A DNA stretch of 12,461 nucleotides from Octopus sinensis (lineage: Eukaryota): assembly GCF_006345805.1 (NCBI RefSeq), contig NW_021826619.1, positions 1-12,461 of the forward strand, read 5' to 3'. The notes beneath the pieces are model-generated. The model saw only the letters and a list, made by a program, of their open reading frames with translations, was not told the DNA's origin and made no database searches. Positions 1 to 8,214 of this stretch are shown here, piece by piece. Numbering within the stretch: position 1 is the stretch's first letter; every line of letters begins with the position of its first letter. A program made the translations under genes and the position numbers.

Positions 1-241
1 ATCCAACCCACTCAGAGCGAATAATTGTTGGTTTTCAACTAAGCTATTTCTCACGTCATGTCGATCTTACACTAAAGTAACCAATTTTATTGGTTACTTC
101 CTAAATTGCCAAAATAAATCCTATGCCCTTTCTAAGTTTTTGGACACGTGAATTGTTTTTTTTTTTTAAACTGATTCTAGCCGACAGGTATAAGCCAATT
201 AACATCTTGTCTTGACTGGATAAAGGCCGGGTATTTTAGAA

Positions 242-726
242 CAGAGGTTCCCAAGCACCAGGCCGCAGACCGGTAGCGGCCCGTGGATCATTTGCTACCG
301 AGCCGCAAAGAAACAAGCGGGGTTTTCTGCTGGGACAATAACCAAAACAAAACTACAGAGTAGACAAGACTTGAGGAACATAATTCGAGTATCATTGTCT
401 CCCATCACTCCAAGATGGGACCGTCCCAGTTGCAGGGAAACATGTTCAGAGATCCCACTGATTGTACATTATGATGAGTTGATATTGATGTGATAATAGT
501 GTAACTAAGGGAAACTAAGCAAGAAAGTGTGTGGCCAGGCTGGAGCCCAGACAAAAGAGTCAAAAGATTATACACTGTTTCTTCCTTTTAATAAATTGCT
601 CTTTTTACTATTGCTCTCTTTATCGAAATGCACTTAAATTACACACTTGTGTCACTACGGGTCCGCGGAAAAATTGTCCGGCATGAAACCGATCCGTGGC
701 ATAAAAAATTAATCGGGGAAACATCT
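242..726 (+). mobile_element. Internally deleted hAT DNA transposon (Buster/Charlie, MER1/Charlie3-like ends)
   Basis: The left end CAGAGGTTCCCAAGCACCAGGCCGCAGACCGGTAGCGGCCCGTGG and the right end GTCCGCGGAAAAATTGTCCGGCATGAAACCGATCCGTGGCATAAAAAATTAATCGGGGAAACATCT resemble recalled MER1/Charlie3-type termini. The right TIR (GGGAAACATCT vs expected GGGAACCTCTG) is degenerate. The 8 bp on the left (TTTTAGAA) fit the Charlie NTYTAGAN target; the right TSD copy is not resolved. A transposase C-terminus lies inside. Confidence 0.85.
314..461 (+). pseudogene. C-terminal remnant of hAT (Buster/Charlie) transposase, dimerisation-domain end
   Basis: Translates to QAGFSAGTITKTKLQSRQDLRNIIRVSLSPITPRWDR, then after a frameshift to VAGKHVQRSH* (TGA 459-461). 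This matches the recalled Buster-type ending GFSA..xKTKxRSRLD...LRVSLSxITPRxDxLVAxKQxQxSH*. Confidence 0.85.
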
Positions 727-829
727 TTAACGTTATAAAAGCCATGATCAAAACACATATCCTGCAGTTCGAAACTATCGACAATTGTGCCAACTCTCGG
801 TACAATATACGGTGTTGTTTGTCGTCTTT

Positions 830-849
830 TTCTCTCTCTCTCTATCTCT

Positions 850-890
<41 letters not shown>
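830..890. repeat. (CT)n microsatellite, interrupted
   Basis: Direct reading. Confidence 0.97.
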
Positions 891-905
891 GCGTATATAA
901 TGGTG

Positions 906-975
<70 letters not shown>

Positions 976-983
976 TAATAATA
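906..983. repeat. (AAT)n microsatellite
   Basis: About 25 units with one AAC variant; it generates the poly-I, poly-N and poly-L ORFs in the track. Confidence 0.97.
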
Positions 984-1096
984 GGGAATATGATTCCAAA
1001 CTTACAGGGAAAAATCAAATTTAGTAATAATAAATCAAATTTCACAATATATAATACATGTATACAAATTAGAGAAGAACCACCATTTGCTAATTT

Positions 1097-1129
1097 ATAC
1101 ATACATACATAATACATACATACATACAT

Positions 1130-1176
<47 letters not shown>

Positions 1177-1185
1177 ATATTATAT
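1097..1185. repeat. Compound (ACAT)n/(CA)n/(TA)n microsatellite
   Basis: Direct reading. Confidence 0.95.
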
Positions 1186-1186
1186 G

Positions 1187-1581
1187 TCTTTTATCTTCTA
1201 CTTAGTTCAGTCATTAGACTGCAGCTATGCTGTGTCACCGCTTTGAAGGAATATTAGATGAATGAATCGACCCCAGTACTTAAATTTTTTAAAGCCTGGT
1301 ATTTATTCTATCGTTCTCTTTTACATCACTGCTAGGTTACAGGGACATAAAGACACTAACACCGGTTTACAAACGGTGGGAGGGGGCAAACAGAAACACA
1401 AAGACAGACACACACAAACATATGTACGAGTGACTTCTTTCAGTTTCCGTCTACCAGATTTGCTCACAAGTTTTTTGGTCAACCCGAGGCTAAAATACAA
1501 GATACTTACCCAAGGTGACATGCAGTGGAATTGAACCCGAAACTATGTGGTTTGGAAGTAAGCTTCTTGCAACACAGCCAC
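1187..1581 (-). mobile_element. Near full-length tRNA-derived SINE, family A (octopus-type, CORE-like body)
   Basis: On the minus strand: A-box-like GTGGCTGTGTTG and B-box-like GGTTCAATTCC, then CACCTTGGGTAAGT (resembles the start of the CORE domain, ACCTTGGGCAAGT). An internal GT-rich tract follows, then a 3' part ending ...GACTGAACTAAGTAGAAGATAAAAGA next to (TA)n. A second head of the same family is at 1691. Confidence 0.88.
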
Positions 1582-1599
1582 ACATATACACACATATAG

Positions 1600-1623
1600 A
1601 TAGATGGATAGAGAGAGAGAGAA

Positions 1624-1662
<39 letters not shown>
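1600..1662. repeat. (GA)n/(GATA) microsatellite between the two SINE heads
   Basis: Direct reading. Confidence 0.95.
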
Positions 1663-1665
<3 letters not shown>

Positions 1666-1690
1666 TCAGTATGTATGTATAGATATATAA

Positions 1691-1805
1691 AGCGTAGATG
1701 TGGCTGTGTGGATTTGCTTAAGGAAGTTAGGCTTTTGCCCAACGTGGTTGCGGGTTGAGTCCTACTGCGTGACAGCTTAAGCAAGTGTCTTTTAACTTAT
1801 AGTTT
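1691..1805 (+). mobile_element. 5' fragment (tRNA-like head) of SINE family A
   Basis: GTGGCTGTGTGG...GGTTGCGGGTTGAGTCCTACTGCGTGACAGCTTAAGCAAGTGTCTT aligns by eye to the reverse complement of about 1490-1581. Confidence 0.8.
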
Positions 1806-2191
1806 CGACAAAAGTTATGAGGACGATCACATCCTATACCGATGGCAACCCCGAACGAGCCCTGACTGGGTGGTTCTCTTAAATATACTGTTTGTTATGA
1901 AATACTAAATAATATACAAATTAGTTGTTATTGTTCTCTCTGTGTAATTATTCGCAAGTGGTATGGATTTAGCAAAGTTTGAGAAATACCCAAAACAAAA
2001 TCGCTTTGATAGGAGCCATTTATGGATCACTATTGTAAAGAGGTTTACGCATTGGAAGGTTACATCGTCGCAGGATATAATTTTTACAACTATAAATCGT
2101 ATATTTAATGACATTTCCTCGTACATTTGCAACGATATCTATCCAGATACCTATTTATCTATACAGACATATAATAAATACTACACACACT

Positions 2192-2228
<37 letters not shown>

Positions 2229-2379
2229 GATATCGTATGCGTGTGAACGAACATTATCACTCACGCTGTCCCATATAACAATTCATATGTATATACTCCA
2301 TCCACATTTCATATAATCCATGCACACATACGCGCGCGTGTGCGCACACATTGCACGAAGAATTTAATATTTTACTTTT

Positions 2380-2516
2380 GACGTCTATCTTTACGGCCTG
2401 AGTTCAAATTCTGTCACGGTCGCCTTTGCCTTTCATCCTTTCGGAGTTGATAAAACAAGTACAAGCTCCTTACTCAAAACCTGCTGGCCTTGTGCCAAAA
2501 TCTTAAACCAGTATTT
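2380..2516 (+). mobile_element. Headless, internally deleted fragment of SINE family B
   Basis: Exact 21-mer CTTTGCCTTTCATCCTTTCGG (2424-2444) is shared with 6532-6552, and GGCCTTGTGCC is also shared. A B-box-like GAGTTCAAATTC is present. About 30 nt of the middle is missing relative to the 6456 copy. Confidence 0.85.
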
Positions 2517-2554
2517 TACTGTTGTGTATACACTGCGAACAGGTGTGAACATTT

Positions 2555-2842
2555 TATATATATATATATATAGATATATATATTATATGTATATGTATAT
2601 ATATTGTATGTATGCATTATGTATGTATTATGTATGTATGTATGTATGCAATGTGTGTATATATATATATATAGAGATGCATATAGTATATATATATATA
2701 TATTATATATATATAGATATATATACATACCTATAAAATATATATATTATATATATATATATACACACATACATATACATGTATATACATACATACATAT
2801 ACACACATATACATGTATGTATGTATATATATATATAAAGAG

Positions 2843-2875
<33 letters not shown>

Positions 2876-2883
2876 TAGAATAG

Positions 2884-2966
<83 letters not shown>
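2555..2966. repeat. Compound (TA)n/(TATG)n, then (GA)n and about 20 units of (GATA)n
   Basis: Direct reading; GATA run at about 2886-2965. Confidence 0.95.
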
Positions 2967-2967
<1 letters not shown>

Positions 2968-3440
2968 GATACATACAAAAATAAACATGTACAGAAATAC
3001 ATACAAATTTATGTGTATGTGCTTGTACGTGTGCGTATGTGTGTGTGAGCGTCTGTATGTGAGTGTGTGAATAAGTGTGCATGTTTTGAAGATTTAAAGA
3101 TGTATGCGTGTACGTACACTTTTAATGTCTACCTGCTTGTCACACTGCCTGCGTGCCTGTCTGTCTTCTTTTCTCTCTTTTCTTTGTATATTTATCTATG
3201 ATCTCTTGCTTTGGAGAAGAAGAAAAAAGAAACAAACACAAAAACAAACCAAACAAAAACACAAAAAAAAAAGAACCTGTTGGTCCAATGAAGCTAGACC
3301 AATGAACAATTAGAACGTTGTTCCAAGTTAAACAAAGACTTGGTAATTCATTAATGTTACCTCTATTCAGAGACATGCTCGCAGAATCGCTTCACCCAGT
3401 CGGCCAACAGACAAAACCGCTGGAAACATGTTGGTTGGTC

Positions 3441-3552
3441 TTATTTATTTTTATTTTATTTTATTTTATTTTATTTTACTTTATTTTATTTTACTTTATT
3501 TTATTTTATTTTATTTTACTTTATTTTATTTTATTTTATTTATTTATTTATT
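3441..3552. repeat. (TTTTA)n pentanucleotide repeat with TTTAC variants
   Basis: Direct reading. Confidence 0.95.
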
Positions 3553-3835
3553 TCATTTTGCTTTCCTTTTATAATTTTTCTTTTGTTTCTTCCTTTCAGC
3601 AACCGCACAAGACTTCGGTTGGCTAACGATTTCTGACCAGCTTGTTTGAACATCGACCGCTTTCTTCTGTAAGAGGAGTCGATGTCAACATTTTTTCAGA
3701 ACTATATACACACACCTTCGGCATAAAATTGTTATATATATCGCACGTTATGTTTCATAGGCAAATAAAGATTTGCATTTAAATGAATGACTGTAAACTT
3801 AACCTATTGTTTGATAACACAGTTAAACCGGCAGA

Positions 3836-3836
3836 A

Positions 3837-3883
<47 letters not shown>

Positions 3884-3983
3884 GATGATGATGAGGAGGA
3901 GGAGGATGTTGAAGATGCTGATGACGACGATGATGCTCATTGAAATTATACCAACAACAACAACACTATTAATAATAATAAAG

Positions 3984-4039
<56 letters not shown>
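3836..4039. repeat. Compound trinucleotide tract (GAT)n-(GAG)n-(AAC)-(AAT)n
   Basis: Direct reading. Confidence 0.95.
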
Positions 4040-4207
4040 CGTCATCATGGTGATGATCATTATCACTCTAGTAAGACGAGCGCGTGGGGACCGGCTAGGA
4101 AGGACTCTTACTTTGACAATAGTAAATAAACATACGTCGTGGGTGTTGGCGCAGTATTCCGTATGTTATGTCTATCTAGAAGGGAGCTTTTCACACAGCG
4201 CGCTTAG

Positions 4208-4621
4208 TATGTACATGTACACATATACATATGCATACATACATACACACATACACACATATATACACTTGTATACATATATATGTATATGTACATATAT
4301 ATCATATTTATATGTATGTATGTGTTTGGTGTGTATCTATACGAGTTGACGTGTGTCATATATATGCATATATATTTATATATACGTGTATGAATATATA
4401 TACATATATATGTAAATATATATATATATATGTATGTATGTATATATATATATGCACATATATATGTATGTATATATGCATATAATATATATATACATTA
4501 TATACATATATATAGATACATATACGCATATATATAAATATATATGTGTGTACATATATATTCATATATATACATATATACATATATAATATATATATAT
4601 ATACATATACATAATATATAT

Positions 4622-4669
<48 letters not shown>

Positions 4670-4740
4670 CATACCCATCACATAAGTACATGCATATGTA
4701 TGTGAATATATATGTATATATACATCGATGTTGTACAACG
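4208..4740. repeat. Long degenerate (TA)/(TACA)/(TATG) low-complexity tract
   Basis: Direct reading. Confidence 0.93.
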
Positions 4741-5022
4741 TATACATTTTGGCACTTACACGCCATGTATGATTGTGTATAGAAGAAGAAAGAAACGGTA
4801 AAATGGAGGAGGTGAGGGAGAATGAGAGCCATGAGAAAGCACGAGTGAAAATAGTAGCGGGGGGAGGATAAGAGAAAAAGAAAATTTATAAGACAGACAG
4901 GCAAACAGAGAGCAAGAAGAGATAGACACAAAGATACGAAGATACATAGATACGTAGATACAAAAATAAGTAGATTCATAGCTAGATAAATAGATATACG
5001 TACATGTTTATTTATGGTCGCG

Positions 5023-5086
5023 TGTGTGAGTGTGTGTATGCGTGTGAGTGTGTGTATGCGTGTGAGTGTGTGTATGCGTGTGAGTT
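5023..5086. repeat. 18-bp minisatellite CGTGTGAGTGTGTGTATG, about 3.5 copies
   Basis: Exact units at 5041-5058 and 5059-5076, a near-exact unit at 5023-5040, and a partial unit from 5077. Confidence 0.9.
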
Positions 5087-5163
5087 TGTGTGAGTTTAGT
5101 GTATGAAGTTGTGTGTGTCTTTGTGTACGAGGTTATATTTATATGTGTGTTGGTGATGGAGAA

Positions 5164-5164
<1 letters not shown>

Positions 5165-5212
<48 letters not shown>
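5165..5212. repeat. (GT)24 microsatellite
   Basis: Direct reading. Confidence 0.97.
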
Positions 5213-5213
<1 letters not shown>

Positions 5214-5312
5214 TTGTGTATGAGATGGGTTCTGGAATGAAAAGTAAGGTATTTGAAGACAAGTAAATCAATGCGGACAAGCGGAAATCAGAAAAAGGAT
5301 CCAGAACGAACG

Positions 5313-5325
5313 TAATAATAATAAT

Positions 5326-5367
<42 letters not shown>
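5313..5367. repeat. (AAT)n(AAC)n microsatellite
   Basis: Direct reading. Confidence 0.95.
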
Positions 5368-5920
5368 ACTAAAACAGCAGAATTATCAATAAAACAAATA
5401 TAACAAGAAAGTAAGTGAGATTTTGTCCACTCTTCACAGTAACTTTTAGGATTTTTTTTATTTTCTTTTCCCTCAGTTTCTATGGGTCTTCGTGTTGCCT
5501 GTAGGAATTTACTTGGTAGAAGTACTTGTAATTTTTTGGCGAATCTCCACTTCCACCCCCACCTAGCTCATTATATATATCCCATCTCATCTCACCACAC
5601 CCTGCCTCTGCCATATTATACATATTGTATCCAGTTATCCGGTTATCTCAACCGTTCTCCTTATAGTTATATTATCATTGATGATATATATATATACATA
5701 TGTGTGTGTGGTGGTGCATACATATAATATATATTTGTGTGTGTATGTGTATACGTGCGTGTGTGTTTGTGTGTGTAAGTTAATATGTAAGTGTTGGGTA
5801 TGTTCCTAGTAGTACATCGATAAAGCACGTTCACTGACTATGGCTACCTGACGTCGTCCATTGTAATTAATTGCACAATTGTAAATGGATCTACCTCAGG
5901 AATTCCTTAGTGTATGTTGA

Positions 5921-6228
5921 GTATGAAACAAATGGAAAACGGAATACACGGGAACCTTTATACTCCTCACTACGATCGTTTCGTCACACACAACCGCTTA
6001 AACCTACGGTTACTAACAACATGCCGTGTTAAATCAGAGCGAAACAGAGATCATTTACCGAGATACCACTCATTACATCACCTGACGAGATGTTTCCGCA
6101 CACCGACGGATGCATCACAACCGGTTGTATAGATTCCCACTCAAGAGAGATCGAGGAGGATTTGTCGAAAAGATTGTTGTGAGCAGTATAAAGCTTCCCC
6201 TGTACTCCATTTCCCGTCTGTATCCTAC
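5921..6228. repeat. Long imperfect inverted repeat (arms 5921-5986 and 6163-6228, 176-nt spacer)
   Basis: Ungapped alignment of GTATGAAACAAATGGAAAACGGAATACACGGGAACCTTTATACTCCTCACTACGATCGTTTCGTCA against the reverse complement of 6163-6228 (GTAGGATACAGACGGGAAATGGAGTACAGGGGAAGCTTTATACTGCTCACAACAATCTTTTCGACA) gives 52/66 identities. Confidence 0.92.
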
Positions 6229-6346
6229 ATACATACAATCTACAAAACTTTACAGGGGGTTAGCATTTAAATATATATCAGCATGTCTAGATATGCAACT
6301 ATATGCATGAGAATACATACATAAAGCAACACATACGAATCTGCAC

Positions 6347-6406
6347 ACATACATACATACATACATACATACATACATACATACATACATACATACATAC
6401 ATACAT
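6347..6406. repeat. (ACAT)15 microsatellite
   Basis: Direct reading. Confidence 0.97.
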
Positions 6407-6455
6407 TAATACCTTGTTGTTGAAATTCCAATGAAGGAGCCTTGGACCTAGGTAA

Positions 6456-6650
6456 GGCGGCGAGCTGGCAGAAACGTTAGCACGCCGGGCAAAATACTTC
6501 ACGTTCTGAATTGAGATTCCACCGAGGTCGACTTTGCCTTTCATCCTTTCGGGGTCCATAAATTAAGTACCAGTTGCGTACTGGGGTAGATCCAATTGAC
6601 TGGCCCCCTCCCCAAATATTTCGGGCCTTGTGCCCAAAATAGAAAATAAT
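6456..6650 (+). mobile_element. tRNA-derived SINE family B (Deu/Nin-like central domain), small internal deletion
   Basis: The head GGCGGCGAGCTGGCAGAAACGTTAGCACGCCGG is A-box-like and there is a degenerate B box (GAATTGAGATTCC). The core GAGGTCGACTTTGCCTTTCATCCTTTCGGGGTCCATAAATTAAGTACCAG resembles the recalled Deu/Nin domain; that name is an inference. A second copy is at 2380-2516. Confidence 0.88.
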
Positions 6651-6721
6651 ACATATGTGTGTGTGTGTGTACTGGTAACATACACATATGTATGTATTTA
6701 TATGTGTATTTATGTATATTA

Positions 6722-6976
6722 TTAAGACCCCCCTTCGGTCATGAATGACCATGGGATTGCACCTAGAAAGTTAACCCTCCTAGACACAAGTCCGGGCAAG
6801 GTTGTTTATGGAAGACCAGCAGTCGCCCATGCATACCGGCCTCCCCTCTCCACGCCACCAGTGTTATCCAAGGAAAGACAAAGGCCGATACAGCTTGGCA
6901 CCTGTGACGTCGCAACTCATTCTACAGTTGAGTGAACGGAGCAACGTGAAATAAAGTGCCTTGCTCAAGAACACAA
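6722..6976 (-). mobile_element. 5'-truncated SINE family C (body and 3' end)
   Basis: The minus strand begins TTGTGTTCTTGAGCAAGGCACTTTATTTCACGTTGCTCC. 6798-6976 aligns to 7097-7278 with roughly 30 differences in about 180 nt. Confidence 0.88.
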
Positions 6977-6995
6977 TATATATATATATATATAG

Positions 6996-7030
<35 letters not shown>

Positions 7031-7096
7031 TATATGTATGATTATATATATGCATGATATGTATATATTTATCTATATCTATATATCTATCTATAT
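6977..7096. repeat. (TA)n-rich tract between the two family C SINEs
   Basis: Direct reading. Confidence 0.93.
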
Positions 7097-7356
7097 AAGG
7101 TTGTTTATGGAAGAGTAGCAGTCACCCATGCATACCAGCCTCCGTTTTCCTAGTCATCGATGCTAAGCAAGGGAAAGGCAAAGTCCGATACAGCTTAGCA
7201 CCAGTGACGTCGTAACTCATTTCTATAGATGAGTGAACCGGAGCAACGTGAACTAAAATGACTTGCTCAGGAACACAACATACAGCCCGTTTCAGGAATC
7301 GAACACACTACCACATGATTATGAACCCGAAGCTCTGACCACTGAGTCATGCGTCT
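7097..7356 (-). mobile_element. SINE family C with tRNA-like head, 3'-truncated
   Basis: The minus strand reads AGACGCATGACTCAGTGGTCAGAGC (A box TGACTCAGTGG) ... GTTCGATTCC (B box), then the body shared with 6798-6976. Confidence 0.9.
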
Positions 7357-7453
7357 ACACACACACACACACACATACACGCTTCAATATATATATATGC
7401 TGATTCTCACTATGGATATATAACAAGAGCTTAAGCAGGTGAAAGTGACGATT

Positions 7454-7492
7454 ATCCGACTAGTTTCGCTTCTTTGAAGACTCATCAAGGAT
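7454..7492 (-). ncRNA. Minimal type I hammerhead ribozyme motif (PLE-type), core variant U3.G8, probably decayed
   Basis: Minus strand: ATCC (helix I) TTGATGA G-T-CTTC-AAA-GAAG-C (helix II with one bulge) GAAA C-TA-G TC GGAT (helix I). Helix III is the palindrome ACTAGT. The GUC site would cleave between 7458 and 7457. Confidence 0.75.
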
Positions 7493-7750
7493 CACTATCC
7501 CCGCCTCTTAACAAGAAGAATACGCGTTTTATGAACAATACGAACAAACTGTTAATGCCGTCAAGAACTTTATGTGATCATACAAGCACGACAGATATGA
7601 ATAATAAATGAGGTAACTTACAACGTAGTTATGAATGCATGAACATATGGAAATTGTATTCAATATGTTTGATATCTATATTCTATGTGTGTGTGTGTAT
7701 ATATCTATACGTATGTATTGATGGACGGAATTAACAAAATGTGTGCGTAT

Positions 7751-7751
7751 G

Positions 7752-7813
<62 letters not shown>

Positions 7814-7850
7814 ATGTGTGTGTGTATGTGTGTGTGTTTGTGTGTGTAGA
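7751..7850. repeat. (TA)n(GT)n compound microsatellite
   Basis: Direct reading. Confidence 0.95.
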
Positions 7851-8214
7851 AAAACATATATACGGAAATAGAGAGATATAGACTAAGTGAACTTTCTCCC
7901 TCGTAGAAATAGTTAGTTCTTAAAATATTTGATATTGGTTAATCTACTTTCACACACGCGCACACACACATACATGCACACACACACACGCGCGCACGCA
8001 CACAAAAACACGCACACAAACACGTACACACCAAATACATACACCTATACGGGTGCGGACGCTTACATACATGCATACATTGATGTGTGGGGGAGTGTTA
8101 TATCGTGTGTGTGTGTGTGTGTTTGTACGTTTATATGAATATATTTACAAGATATTCTGCTATAATTTCATTATATGCAATTTTGCAATTCTGTTTTAAT
8201 ATTTTCACAGTAAC

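Noticed and set aside
3405-3440. GAAACATGTT with palindromic helix III-like ACATGT (similar cases near 437 and on the minus strand near 5972-5982)
   Set aside because: No UGANNA core in register upstream
3835-3943. Acidic poly-D/E reading frame after CAG at about 3833
   Set aside because: It is a (GAT)/(GAG) microsatellite; the acceptor lacks a pyrimidine tract and the frame closes immediately
3918-3950. CTGATGA followed by GAAA as a third hammerhead
   Set aside because: No helix I, II or III pairing; it is part of the GAT repeat
5871-6181. Protein-like frame (..EYETNGKRNTREPLYSS...MPC*IRAKQRSFTEIPLITSPDE...) and ORFs 5914-6132, 6029-6238, 6110-6310
   Set aside because: Internal stop, no recognisable motif, no convincing splice sites; similarity between opposite-strand peptides is simply the inverted repeat
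5911-6237. Ginger (TGT...ACA) or Mutator identity for the fold-back
   Set aside because: No 4-bp or 9-bp direct TSD at any plausible end, so left unassigned
1500-7356. tRNA genes at the A/B-box motifs (1500-1581, 1691-1770, 6456-6520, 7280-7356)
   Set aside because: Each runs into SINE body sequence and lacks a clean cloverleaf, so they are SINE heads
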